Shown: positions 12,581 through 22,239 of the stretch, in pieces | How positions within the stretch are numbered: position 1 is the first letter of the stretch | Layout of the letters: every line of letters begins with the position of its first letter | Origin: Spirochaetia bacterium | GTDB taxonomy: Bacteria > Spirochaetota > Spirochaetia > SZUA-6 > Bin103 | Assembly: GCA_965199955.1 (NCBI GenBank) | Contig: CBDATQ010000002.1 | Span: 480,001-544,000, forward strand | Direction of reading: 5' to 3' | Length of the DNA: 64,000 bases | Made by a program: the position numbers and the translations under genes | Notes under the pieces: model-generated | Told to the model about the DNA's origin: nothing | The model's database searches: none | The model's input: only the letters and a program-made list of their open reading frames with translations

Positions 12581-14455
12581 GTGGCGAGCGAGTGGCGACC
12601 CGGTGGGACGGAGGAGCAGGTGCCTTCGCGCCGGGAACGGCGTCGGGTGGACGCGCGTCCGTACGACACGCGCTCGGCGGCGCGCTGGATCGTGTCCCAC
12701 CTGCGCCGCTACCCGCTGCTCACCACGGGGGCCGCGGTGCTGCACTCGGGCGCCTGGTGGGCGTACGGACTGGCGCCGATCATGGTCGGCCGCGTCGCCG
12801 CGCAGATCCTCGAGCCGGTAGCGCCTGCCGCGCCGGCGGCCGGGATCCTCGTCGCCTGCCTGTGGCTGCTGGTGATCCTGGCAGGCGACGCCTGCCTGTC
12901 GATGGCGGCCAACGCCTGCACCCTGACGCTCGCCCACCGCATCGAGCGGGATGCGCGCGACGAGCTCTATCGCAACCTGCTCGGCAAGAGCCAGACCTAC
13001 CACGACCGGCAGCGGATCGGCGACCTGGTGGCCCGCGCCACCGACGACTCGCGGATGCTGTCGATGATGATCCATCCGGGGATCCTGTTCATCAGCGACA
13101 TGGTGATGGGCTTCATCACGCCGATCGTCTACATCCTGTTGCTGGACGCCGAGCTGATGCTCGTGCCGGTGCTGTATGCGATCTCCTTCGCGATCACCCT
13201 GCGCGCGTTCGTCCGCCGGCTCGGTCCGGTGCTGTTCGAGCAGCGCCACGCGCAGGGCGAGATGACCGCGGCGCTGGAGGAGGCGATCTCCGGCATCGAG
13301 GTGGTCAAGGTCTCGGTGCGCGAGGCGTTCGAGCGCGGCCGCTTCGGCCGCACGGTGAGCGCCTTCAAGGAGCTGTTCGTGCGCTCCAACCGCATCGAGG
13401 GGTTCTACGTGCCGATGCTGATCTACGGCGCGCTGGCCGGGCTGGCGCTGCTGCACGGCGTGCTGGCCCTCCAGCGCGGCGTGATCGGGCTGGACGGCCT
13501 GATCGCTTTCGTCGGGCTCATGCACGCGCTGCGCATCCCGACCTTCATCTCCGCGTTCTCGTTCTCGATGCTGCAGGGCGGCATTGCCGGCGCCAAGCGC
13601 ATCCTGGGGGTGCTCAGGCAGACCTCGGGCATCGACCAGAACGCCGCCGGCGTCAGCGCGCCGATCGAGGGGGCGATCTCCTTCCATGCGGTGAACTTCG
13701 GCTATGAAGGGAGCGGCCCCGTCCTGACCGGAGTGGACCTCGACCTCGCAGCCGGGGAGACCGTGGCGATCGTCGGGCAGACCGGCTCCGGCAAGAGTTC
13801 GCTGACGCGATTGGTCAACCGCACCTACGACCCCACGCACGGCAGCGTGCGCGTCGACGGCATCGACCTGCGCACCTGGAACCTCGAAAGCCTGCGGTCG
13901 CAGATCGCCAGCGTGGAGCAGGACGTGTTCCTGTTCTCGCGCTCGATCGCGGACAATATCGCCTTCGCCCATCCCGGCGCATCGCGGGCGGACATCGAGG
14001 CGGCCGCTCAGGCGGCGGCGGCCGACGAGTTCATCACCTCGTTCGTCGACGGCTATGACACCGTAATCGGCGAGCGCGGCGTCACCTTGTCCGGCGGCCA
14101 GCGGCAGCGCCTGGCGCTGGCGCGCGCGTTCCTGAAGGACCCGCGCATCCTGATCCTGGACGACTCCACCAGCGCCATCGACAGCGCCACCGAGGACGAG
14201 ATCCAGCGCGCGCTCACGCGCATCCAGCGCGGGCGCACCACGCTGATCGTCACCCACCGGCTGTCGCAGATCCGCTGGGCCGACCGCATCCTGGTGCTGG
14301 ACGGCGGGCGGCTGGTCGCCAACGGCACGCACGCCGAGCTGCTGGCCGGCTCCCCGCACTACCGGCGCATCTTCAGCCGCTACGACCTCGACCTGCCACC
14401 GCTGACCGGACGGGCGGCACCCGTTTCGCCGAACGGCGTCCCGGAGCCCGGCTGA
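12581..14455 (+). CDS. ABC exporter, fused TMD-NBD, subunit 1
   Basis: GQTGSGKS, LSGGQRQR, ILDDSTS, VTHRL; N-terminal TM domain. Confidence 0.92.
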   Translation: MASEWRPGGTEEQVPSRRERRRVDARPYDTRSAARWIVSHLRRYPLLTTGAAVLHSGAWWAYGLAPIMVGRVAAQILEPVAPAAPAAGILVACLWLLVILAGDACLSMAANACTLTLAHRIERDARDELYRNLLGKSQTYHDRQRIGDLVARATDDSRMLSMMIHPGILFISDMVMGFITPIVYILLLDAELMLVPVLYAISFAITLRAFVRRLGPVLFEQRHAQGEMTAALEEAISGIEVVKVSVREAFERGRFGRTVSAFKELFVRSNRIEGFYVPMLIYGALAGLALLHGVLALQRGVIGLDGLIAFVGLMHALRIPTFISAFSFSMLQGGIAGAKRILGVLRQTSGIDQNAAGVSAPIEGAISFHAVNFGYEGSGPVLTGVDLDLAAGETVAIVGQTGSGKSSLTRLVNRTYDPTHGSVRVDGIDLRTWNLESLRSQIASVEQDVFLFSRSIADNIAFAHPGASRADIEAAAQAAAADEFITSFVDGYDTVIGERGVTLSGGQRQRLALARAFLKDPRILILDDSTSAIDSATEDEIQRALTRIQRGRTTLIVTHRLSQIRWADRILVLDGGRLVANGTHAELLAGSPHYRRIFSRYDLDLPPLTGRAAPVSPNGVPEPG

Positions 14456-16285
14456 TGGGCTTCCTCATGGACGGCATCGAGGCCGAGGCGTACGACCGCT
14501 CGTACAGCGACCGGGAGCTGGTGCGCCGCATCCTGACCCGGTTCCGGCCGGAGCGCAGGCGGATCCTGCTGGTGTGCGGCTCGATCCTGGCCGGTGCGGT
14601 GAGCGGCACGCTCCTGCCGATCATGGTCTCCCGCGCCATCGACGGGGTGAGCGCGGAGCTGGCAGGCGGCGAACCGGTCGCGCTGCGCTGGGTGCTCGGC
14701 ACCGCGGGGGCGATCATCGGCCTGAACACGCTGAGCTGGCTGTTCAACGCCCATCGCCGCGCGTCCGGTTCGCGCGCCATCGGGGGCGTGGTCGAGCGGC
14801 TGCGCAACGACGCGTTCGCGGCGCTGATGGGCCACGACCTGTCCTTCTACGACGCCAACCCGACCGGCAAGGTGGTCAGCCGCGTGGCCTCCGACTCGCA
14901 GGCATTCTCGGAGGTGGTGTCGCTGACCATGGAGCTGGTCAGCCAGACGGTGCTGGTGGCGCTGGTGCTCGCCTACCTGTTCACGGTCGACGTGTTGCTG
15001 ACCGGCGTGACCCTGCTGCTGGTGCCGCTGATCGTCGGCGTCGCGCTCGGCTTCCGGCACGTCGCGCGGCCGCACGGTCACGCAGTCGCGGCGCGCCCTC
15101 GGCGACCTCACCGCCCACGTGCACGAAACCATGAGCGGCATCGCCGTCGCCAAGTCGTTCCGCAAGGAGCAGTTGATCTACGACCGCTTCACCGGCGTGA
15201 ACGACGCCTCCTACCGACTGAACTGGCGGGCCGGCCTGGTCTTCTCCGGTATCTTCCCGCTGTTGTTCGCGATCGCCGGCATGGCCACCAGCGTGCTGGC
15301 CTACCTGGGCGGCGTGCGGGTATCGGCGTCCGGGCTGTCGATCGGGCAGTGGTACCTGTTCCTGCAGGGGGTGGGACTGCTGTGGTTCCCGCTCACCTCC
15401 ATCGCCTCCTTCTGGAGCCAGCTTCAGCTCGGCCTGGCCGCCGGCGAGCGGGTGTTCGCGCTGCTCGACGCCGAGCCCACGGTCCGCCAGACCGGCTCGG
15501 AGCCGGTGGCCACGCTCTCGGGCCGGATCGAGCTCCGCGAGGTCGACTTCGCCTACCAGGAGGGGGAGCCGGTGTTCGAGCGCTTCTCGCTTACCATCGA
15601 CGCGGGCGAGACGGTGGCGCTGGTCGGCCACACCGGCTCCGGCAAGTCCAGCATAACCAGGCTGATCGCCCGCTTCTACGAGTTCCAGGCCGGCTCGATC
15701 CGCGTCGACGGCCGGGACATCCGCGCCCTCGACCTGGCGAGCCTCCGGTCGCACCTGGGTTTCGTCACGCAGGTGCCGTTCCTGTTCAACGGCACGGTGG
15801 CCGACAACATCCGCTACGGGCGGCCGGACGCGGGCGAGGATGAGGTGGAGCGCGCCGCACGGCGGATCGGCGGCGGCGACTGGTTGAAGACCCTGCACGA
15901 CGGGCTGGCGACGGCGGTCAGCGAGCGCGGCCGCAGCCTGTCCATGGGGCAGCGCCAGCTCGTGGTGCTGGCGCGGGTGCTGCTCAAGGACCCGTCGGTT
16001 ATCGTCCTGGACGAGGCCACCGCCAGCGTCGATCCGCTCACGGAGGCGCTGATCCAGGAGGGCTTGGACGAGGTACTGCGCGACCGCACCGCGGTGGTGG
16101 TCGCGCACCGCCTGTGGACGGTCCGGCACGCCGACCGCATCGTCGTGCTGCGCGCCGGGCGCATCATCGAGGAGGGCGACCACGAATCGCTGTCCGCGGC
16201 CGGCGGTCACTACGCGGAGTTGTACGACACCTACTTCCGGCATCAGAGTCTGGACTACATCGAGCGCCGGCCGCCTGAGCGATGA
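14455..16285 (+). pseudogene. ABC exporter subunit 2 (heterodimer partner), one frameshift near 15070
   Basis: First frame ends ...GFRHVAR; removing one C at about 15070 gives RTVTQSRRALGDLTAHVHETMSG and joins the frame with GHTGSGKS, LSMGQRQ, LDEAT. Confidence 0.85.
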
Positions 16286-16349
16286 CGTACCGCCAGGAAC
16301 ATGGTTGAATATACTGAGGCAAGCAGGTCTCAGGGAGGGACGAAGGTGA
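16275..16349 (+). pseudogene. hicA: C-terminal remnant of HicA toxin
   Basis: Reads SDDVPPGTWLNILRQAGLREGRR*, typical HicA C-terminus; its TGA overlaps the hicB GTG; N-terminus with the GSH motif is absent. Confidence 0.7.
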
Positions 16350-16663
16350 AGCTCCAGTACGCCGTGGTGTTCGAACGAACCCCCAACAACTGTGGCGCAT
16401 ACGCTCCCGACCTGCCTGGCTGCATCGCCACGGGAGCGTCCATGGACGACACTCGAGCCACCATACGCCAGGCGATTTCGCTGCATATCGAGAGTCTGGC
16501 GGAGCACGGTGAGCCGGTGCCCGAACCGCGGATGTCCGTCGGCGAAGCTCGAGCCTTCCACCGCGCCAGTCTGGCGGACGCCGGAGCTTCGGACTCCGAT
16601 ACGGAAACCACCTTCGGCATGGTCGAGGTGGAGGTCGTGCCATCAAGCACGGCTACCGCGTGA
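16346..16663 (+). CDS. hicB: HicB family antitoxin
   Basis: YAVVFERTPNNCGAYAPDLPGCIATG...AISLHIESLAEHGEPVPEP. Confidence 0.85.
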   Translation: MKLQYAVVFERTPNNCGAYAPDLPGCIATGASMDDTRATIRQAISLHIESLAEHGEPVPEPRMSVGEARAFHRASLADAGASDSDTETTFGMVEVEVVPSSTATA

Positions 16664-16700
16664 TGATGCGCCGCGCGTTGCCGGCGTAAAGGAAAACCAC

Positions 16701-17471
16701 ATGGCACGGATCACGATCACGTACATCGGCCACGCGTCGTTTCGCTTCGAGTCGGACCGCGGCACGGTCAGCTACTTCGACCCGTGGCTGGACGACAACC
16801 CGACCACCACGCTGAGCCGCGACCAGGTCGATGCCGCCGACATCGTGCTGGCCACGCACGGCCACGCCGACCACATCGGCGACAGCTACGAGATCTGCAG
16901 GCGCACCGGAGCGACGTTCATCAGCCACTACGAGCTGTGCGAGGTGGCCAAGGCCGTCGGCCTGAGTGAAGACACCCTGCTGCCGCTCAATCCGGGCGGC
17001 TCGGCGACCGTGGCCGACGTGGAGATCACGATGACCCAGGCGCACCACTCCCACTCGCTGTCCGACCACGTGCTGCCGCACCCGCTGCCGCCGGGCGTGC
17101 TCTACCACACCGGCGGCGCGACCGCCGGCTTCGTGATGGCCTACGACAACGGCGTGACCGTCTACGACGCCGGCGACACCTGCCTGTTCAGCGACATGCA
17201 GCTCATCAGCCAGATGTACGGCCCGCAGGTGGCGATCCTGCCGGTCGGCGGCAAGTACACCATGGGCGTGCGCGAGGGCGCCCGCGCCGCCAGCCTGATC
17301 CGCGCCGACATCGTCATCCCCTGCCACTACGGCCAGGAGCTCGGCCAGCCGGCCGACATCGACGAGCTGACCCGGCAGGTGGCGTTCCTGAGCCCGGGCA
17401 CGGCCGTGGTGCCCCTGGAGCCGGGCCAGTCGGTGACCTACACCGCCAGCTCCTACGAGGTGAGCGGCTGA
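16701..17471 (+). CDS. Metallo-beta-lactamase fold metal-dependent hydrolase (UPF0173-like)
   Basis: YIGHASF, DPW, THGHADH, AGDT, LPVGG.YTM, IPCHY. Confidence 0.88.
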   Translation: MARITITYIGHASFRFESDRGTVSYFDPWLDDNPTTTLSRDQVDAADIVLATHGHADHIGDSYEICRRTGATFISHYELCEVAKAVGLSEDTLLPLNPGGSATVADVEITMTQAHHSHSLSDHVLPHPLPPGVLYHTGGATAGFVMAYDNGVTVYDAGDTCLFSDMQLISQMYGPQVAILPVGGKYTMGVREGARAASLIRADIVIPCHYGQELGQPADIDELTRQVAFLSPGTAVVPLEPGQSVTYTASSYEVSG

Positions 17472-17480
17472 GCGCGGCCG

Positions 17481-18200
17481 CTATTTCTTCTTCGCGTACT
17501 GGTGCGTGCCCATGATGGCGCGCACCTCCTCGAAGCCGCGGGCCTGGAGCAGGCGGCCGACCCGGTCCTCCTCGTGCTCCAGGAGCTTCTTCGCGTTGGT
17601 GAGCACCTCCTCGAGCCGCTCGCCCGGGAACTTCACCGCGCCGTTCTCGTCCATGTGGACGATCTCGCCGGGCGCCACGTCCATGCCGGACAGGCGCACC
17701 GGCACCTGCACGGCATGCAGCGCCTGCGGGCCGTGGCCGGCGCACACGCCGCGCGTCAGGTACTGGAACCCCATGGGCCGGATCTCGTGGATGTCGCGCG
17801 AGGGGCCGTTGCTGATCGCGCCGACCGCGCCGCAGGCGCGCAGCGCGGAGGTCATGTTGCCGCCGGACAGCCCCACCTTGTCGGCCAGATGCGGCGGGAA
17901 GCGCTGCTCAAAGCAGAAGATGGACGGCTTGCCGAGCCGGTCCGTCGCTTCCAGCACGTCCAGCAGGGTGAGCGCCGAGTAGCCCGGGTCCGCGACGCCG
18001 TAGACGCAGGTGACCGCGTAGCCGGCCACGGGGCCCAGCTCCGGATACCAGCACGACAGCCGGTTGTCGGTGTACCAGTTCGCCTCCCAGGGGTGGTACA
18101 GCTCCAGGCACAGGTCGTTGCCGGGGTAGGTGGCCACCACGTTGGTGACCGTGGGCGTGTCGATCTTCCTGAGCTCCTCCAGGAGGGCTGCGTCTGACAT
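17481..18200 (-). CDS. RraA / HMG aldolase-like family protein
   Basis: DTPTVTN, GPVAGYAVT, GGNMT, GAISNGPSRD, VAPGEIVHMDENG. Confidence 0.85.
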   Translation of the reverse strand: MSDAALLEELRKIDTPTVTNVVATYPGNDLCLELYHPWEANWYTDNRLSCWYPELGPVAGYAVTCVYGVADPGYSALTLLDVLEATDRLGKPSIFCFEQRFPPHLADKVGLSGGNMTSALRACGAVGAISNGPSRDIHEIRPMGFQYLTRGVCAGHGPQALHAVQVPVRLSGMDVAPGEIVHMDENGAVKFPGERLEEVLTNAKKLLEHEEDRVGRLLQARGFEEVRAIMGTHQYAKKK

Positions 18201-18222
18201 GGGTTTCTCCTCAGTTCGCCGG

Positions 18223-18274
18223 GGTCCCGCTCGGGATCTCTCACGGCCGGCCGTGAGAGATCCCGAGCGGGACC
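18223..18274. repeat. 52-bp perfect loopless palindrome
   Basis: GGTCCCGCTCGGGATCTCTCACGGCC|GGCCGTGAGAGATCCCGAGCGGGACC. Confidence 0.95.
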
Positions 18275-18345
18275 GGACCGCCGCAGTCTATCCCATAGCC
18301 CGCGCAGCGTTCAGCACGGGTGCGCGGCGGAACCATGGACCAGGA

Positions 18346-18597
18346 TCACCGCTGGCGGCGCAAATCCGAGAGTCCGTCCTGGTCCAGTTCCAGGTCCAGG
18401 CGGCTGGCACGGCGCAACGTCGCGGCGTGTCGTTTGAGGTCGCGAAAGCTGGCCTCGTCGATCCCGGTGGCGGCTTCGATAACGGACCACGGAACATCGC
18501 GCTCGAGCAGGCCGTCAATGGCTTGAGCCAGCTCCAGTCTTCCTTCCTGACGACCTTCTCGACGGCCTCTCTCGATCAGTTGCTCAACGTAGTTCAT
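18346..18597 (-). CDS. Putative internally initiated Rpn small protein (RpnS-type antitoxin), 83 aa
   Basis: In-frame ATG (MNYVEQLIERG...) preceded by GGAGGAG 5 nt upstream, inside the Rpn gene. Confidence 0.6.
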   Translation of the reverse strand: MNYVEQLIERGRREGRQEGRLELAQAIDGLLERDVPWSVIEAATGIDEASFRDLKRHAATLRRASRLDLELDQDGLSDLRRQR

Positions 18598-19335
18598 CAC
18601 GTCTCCTCCGCGGCCGGGTACGTTGCGGCGCAGCGCCCGGACGAAAAGCGGCCGGTACTCGCCCGGCTGCGTCGTGAGCACGTACTCCACGTGCTTGGCG
18701 ACTTCCGCGAATCCGGCGGCGCGGTACAGCTCGCCCATCAGCCGCGTCGCCGACTCCAGCAGCTCCTCCCGAGGCTCGCGGAACGCGGCCATCATCGCGA
18801 TCTGGGCAAGCTTGGCGGACAGGGCCCCGGGCACCGACTTCGGGCTCTGCCTGGTCTGGTCGATCAGCAGGTGCTCGAAGCGCGGCACCCAACGCCACGC
18901 TGGCTCCGCATCGGCGAACAACGTTGCGAACTCCCGCTCGTACTGCCACGGTTCGGCTCCCTGATAGAGTACCAGCGGCACGATCAGCGGCAAGCGGTGC
19001 TCGCTTCCGTGCCGGGTCCGCCAGCGGAGCCAGACCTGTAGACAGTAGTTCAGCATTCGCAACGGCATCCACGAGTCGGGCGACGACTGGTGCTCCAGCA
19101 GCACGTAGAGCAGGACGGGCGTCGGAGGCGCCTCCCGCTCGACGGAGAAGAGCAGGTCGGCCTCGCTGTCGCGCCAGTCGGGGCTGACGAAGCGCCCCGG
19201 CTGCAGGGTGAGCGTGGACCAGCGCAGTGTCCGGGCAAGCGGACCCGGGACGCAGGCGCGGAGCAGGCTGGCGGCGTCACGGGTGTTGGAGAAGACGCTG
19301 CGGAAGTACTTGTCGTGCGGTCGGCTCGGGCTCAC
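18346..19335 (-). CDS. Rpn family (YhgA-like) PD-(D/E)XK nuclease / putative transposase
   Basis: PHDKYFRSVF, EADLLFSV, YVLLEHQS, MPLRMLNY, LPLIVPLVLYQG; C-terminal EG repeats and IEAATG. Confidence 0.92.
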   Translation of the reverse strand: MSPSRPHDKYFRSVFSNTRDAASLLRACVPGPLARTLRWSTLTLQPGRFVSPDWRDSEADLLFSVEREAPPTPVLLYVLLEHQSSPDSWMPLRMLNYCLQVWLRWRTRHGSEHRLPLIVPLVLYQGAEPWQYEREFATLFADAEPAWRWVPRFEHLLIDQTRQSPKSVPGALSAKLAQIAMMAAFREPREELLESATRLMGELYRAAGFAEVAKHVEYVLTTQPGEYRPLFVRALRRNVPGRGGDVMNYVEQLIERGRREGRQEGRLELAQAIDGLLERDVPWSVIEAATGIDEASFRDLKRHAATLRRASRLDLELDQDGLSDLRRQR

Positions 19336-19488
19336 ACCTCATCAATGCCCGCTCGTGCGCTGGCGCTTGAGCCGGCCACTCGGCAGGCATGCGTCGCAGA
19401 CAGTCTGGCGGTCGGGGCTTGGCTGGACGGCTGCTTGCGCTACGGTGTTGCGCGAACCTCGTCTACCACCTCGGACGTGCGAAGCGGC

Positions 19489-19923
19489 TCAATCGCCACC
19501 AGGTGAGTCGGTCTCCGGCGGTTTCGGACGTGGGAGTTCGCGCTTGGCATCCGTGAGATCGCGCAGCACCTGAACCAGGTCTTCTCGAAGGCCGGCGCGC
19601 AGTTCGCGCTGCAGCTCCATCGCCCACGCGGGTGCTGCTTCCTCACCGGAGGCGGGACGCTCGCGGACCGACTGGCCCTCGCAGCCTCGGCGCGCGCGGG
19701 CCGAGGCCGGACTACGTGGCGGTCCGACGTAGAACTCGAGCCCGAGCGCGGACGAGATCCGTTCCAGCGTGGTGCTCAGCGGGGCGTGCCCCTGCATGAG
19801 GCTGCGGAGCTGCCCAACGGGGATTCCGGTACGAACGGAGAGCGGCCGCAGGCCCTCCCGCTCGACATGCAGCCGTACCGCGGAGCGGAGATGGTCCAGT
19901 CCGAATCGTGTCACATGTAACAC
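19489..19923 (-). CDS. HTH (XRE/cI-like) DNA-binding protein, copy 1
   Basis: EREGLRPLSVRTGIPVGQLRSLMQGHAPLSTTLERISSALGLEFYVGPPR; paralogue at 21724-22161; start inferred. Confidence 0.6.
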   Translation of the reverse strand: MLHVTRFGLDHLRSAVRLHVEREGLRPLSVRTGIPVGQLRSLMQGHAPLSTTLERISSALGLEFYVGPPRSPASARARRGCEGQSVRERPASGEEAAPAWAMELQRELRAGLREDLVQVLRDLTDAKRELPRPKPPETDSPGGD

Positions 19924-20039
19924 GATAGCGAAGATCCGAGCAGAACCCAACACGCGTCGTTGACGATACTTGGGCATCCGTGATACGCATAGCACGATAT
20001 GTGCTACCCATGACATGAATGAGCACTCTCGAGCCTATG

Positions 20040-20125
20040 CACGGTCTGCGCCGCGCGTACGCGCTGCCGCTCTCGATGGTCCGGTCTTGCGACCGTGGCG
20101 GCGATACGACCGCGCCTGTGCGGGA
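20040..20125 (+). pseudogene. Decayed copy of the Cro-like gene
   Basis: GCCGCGCGTACGCGCTGCCGCTCTCGATGGTCCGGTCTTGCGACCGTGGCGGCGATACGACCGCGCCTG aligns, with indels, to 22285-22359. Confidence 0.65.
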
Positions 20126-20167
20126 CTTCGGTCCTGACCAGACAGCATCGACACAGGAGGACAGACG

Positions 20168-21295
20168 ATGCGAACCATCAACAGATCGATAGCGACGGCA
20201 AGCGCCTTGGCCGCAGTCGGAGCAATACTACTTGTCGGCTGCAGGGCGCCGGCGGCTGTGCCGGACGTGGCGGCTGTGCCGGACGTCGGGTTCGCGGCAG
20301 GGAAGCTGACGATCTCCCTGTCGACGATGGTCGTCGACACACCGGTGACGGAGCCGTTGCCAGAGGCCGTGGGAGGCGAGGAGGATCTCGTATACTCGCT
20401 GTCGGGGGCCGTGCCCGGGCTCACGTTTGATCCGGCAACCAGGGTGCTGAGCGGCACACCTACCACGCCGGGAACATACCCTATGACCTACACGGCCAAG
20501 GACTCCGCGACCGGAGGCACCATGGAGTCGGTGACGTTCACGATCGTCGTGAACGCAAAACCGCTGACGAACCGGGAGCGCATCCTTGGCACGTGGCAGA
20601 AAACATTCGAATGGTATCGGTGGGACGAAGACGCCATGGAAGACGTCATGATAGGAACCTTCGTTGATTTTGTGACCTTCACAGAGACTCGGTACATTTT
20701 CGCTCGATCTCACTTTCTCATGGACGGATCGTTCGATCATGATTGGGTTTACTCCGCGACTTGGACCATCACGGATGAGGAAATCGTCCTCAAATGGTAC
20801 GATAACCATGACGATGACGACGAAACTGACGATGTCGTTATAGAACGGCGGAAGTCCTATTTTCTGGTCGGGGATGGTGACTTACTTGTCAATCACTTGG
20901 GGGACAGAAGCGGCAAAGACAGGGCTTTGGATCGGATGGCTCGCGTTTCGGACCCCTCGCTTGCCCTGCCGCCGGTCGGCGTTTGGGTTTTTGAGTGGCA
21001 CAGTGACGAAAACGACCACTACCACATCGTAACCATGACCTTGGCACCTGACGGCACATTCACATGGTCGGAGCAGAATCTGCATTCCACGCGCACCTTG
21101 AGTGGCCGATGGGACTTCGACCCGGACAACTACTACCTCTACGTTACGGGCGCCACCGGGACAACGGTGCGCTTCGCCTATGCTCCCATGTCGAGCGAGT
21201 CAGGGGAGCGCATGATCGCGGTATCGCCTTGGCAAGAGGAACTTGAGGACCGGTCGTACGGGGACTACAATTACGTGATGACCCTCCAGCAATAG
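20168..21295 (+). CDS. Lipoprotein with putative Ig (He_PIG-like) domain
   Basis: Lipobox LLVG-C; YSLSGAVPGLTFDPATRVLSGTPTTPGTYPMTYTAKD; lower-GC C-terminal half; SD AGGAGG. Confidence 0.75.
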   Translation: MRTINRSIATASALAAVGAILLVGCRAPAAVPDVAAVPDVGFAAGKLTISLSTMVVDTPVTEPLPEAVGGEEDLVYSLSGAVPGLTFDPATRVLSGTPTTPGTYPMTYTAKDSATGGTMESVTFTIVVNAKPLTNRERILGTWQKTFEWYRWDEDAMEDVMIGTFVDFVTFTETRYIFARSHFLMDGSFDHDWVYSATWTITDEEIVLKWYDNHDDDDETDDVVIERRKSYFLVGDGDLLVNHLGDRSGKDRALDRMARVSDPSLALPPVGVWVFEWHSDENDHYHIVTMTLAPDGTFTWSEQNLHSTRTLSGRWDFDPDNYYLYVTGATGTTVRFAYAPMSSESGERMIAVSPWQEELEDRSYGDYNYVMTLQQ

Positions 21296-21318
21296 CCGGA
21301 ACGCTGACGGCGTTCCGG
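21296..21318. terminator. Hairpin after the lipoprotein gene
   Basis: CCGGAACGC-TGACG-GCGTTCCGG. Confidence 0.6.
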
Positions 21319-21474
21319 CTAATTGCCCTTCACGGATGCCAAGGAACGCTCGTCGGCGATGCCTGCGGACGGCGAACGTGATCGACGTCGCCGTCCGCGG
21401 CCAATCACCAACAGGGATCGAAGGACCTGTGAGTCGAGGACGTGATCGTAACGCGGCCGTCCGGTTGGAGACCT

Positions 21475-21700
21475 TCAGGTGGGGCCGTCGTCGTCGGCGT
21501 CGACATGCTGCTTGAGCTTCCGAAAGGCAGCCTCGTCGATGCCGGTGGCGGCCTCGATGGTGGACCATGGTTACGGCGCGGACCAGGAACGCCTCGATGG
21601 TTCGGATTCGCCCCTTCAGTTCTCCTTCGTACAGACCCTCTCGGTGCCCCTTCAGTTCTCCTTCCCGGCGACCTTCCTTGAACCGTCCTCAAGACCTTCC
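21475..21700 (-). pseudogene. Frameshifted Rpn C-terminal remnant (copy 2)
   Basis: KEGRREGELKGHREGLYEGELKGRIRTIEAFLVRAV/PWSTIEAATGIDEAAFRKLKQH matches the Rpn tail PWSVIEAATGIDEASFRDLKRH. Confidence 0.8.
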
Positions 21701-21723
21701 GTGGGGCCGGAGGAGCCGGTTCC

Positions 21724-22161
21724 TCACTCGCCACTGCCCGCTGATTCGGTGGCCGGCGGGTTCGGACGAATGGAATCGGGCTTGGTGCCGGTGAGCTGGC
21801 GCAGTACCTCAGCCAAGTCCTGTCGAAGGCCGGCGCGCAGTTCGCGCTGCAGCTTCGCCGCCCACGCAGGTGGGGCTTCCACGCCGGGGCCGGGACGTTC
21901 GCGGACCGAGCGGCCCTCTTAGCCTCTGCGGACGCGGGCCGACTCCGGCTTGCGTGGTGGTCCTATGTAGAACTCCAGACCGAGGGCGGACGAAACACGC
22001 TCCAGGGTCGTGCTCAGCGCGGCGCGTCCCTGGAGGATGCTGCGAAGCTGTCCGACGGGAACGCCGGTGCGGACAGAGAGTGGCCGCAGCCCCTCACGTT
22101 CGACGTGTTGCCGTACCGCGGAGCGGAGGCGTTCCAGCCCCAATTGTTTCACATGTAACAC
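21724..22161 (-). pseudogene. HTH protein copy 2 with in-frame TAA at 21919-21921
   Basis: Homology to copy 1 continues past the stop: RRG*EGRSVRERP...AWAAKLQRELRAGLRQDL versus RRGCEGQSVRERP...AWAMELQRELRAGLREDL. Confidence 0.8.
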
Positions 22162-22197
22162 AATATCGATGCTCCATCTAAACGACAACATGCGCGG

Positions 22198-22230
22198 TTG
22201 ACGGGCTACTGCCCCGTGTTATGAATAACA
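22198..22230 (+). promoter_or_regulatory. Candidate promoter with overlapping operator palindrome before the Cro-like gene
   Basis: TTGACG at 22198; TGTTAT-GA-ATAACA inverted repeat at 22217-22230 over the -10 region. Confidence 0.45.
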
Positions 22231-22239
22231 TATCGAGCT

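Noticed and set aside
15060..15080. Programmed ribosomal frameshift in ABC subunit 2
   Set aside because: No slippery heptamer or homopolymer run; a simple 1-bp insertion (mutation or sequencing error) explains it
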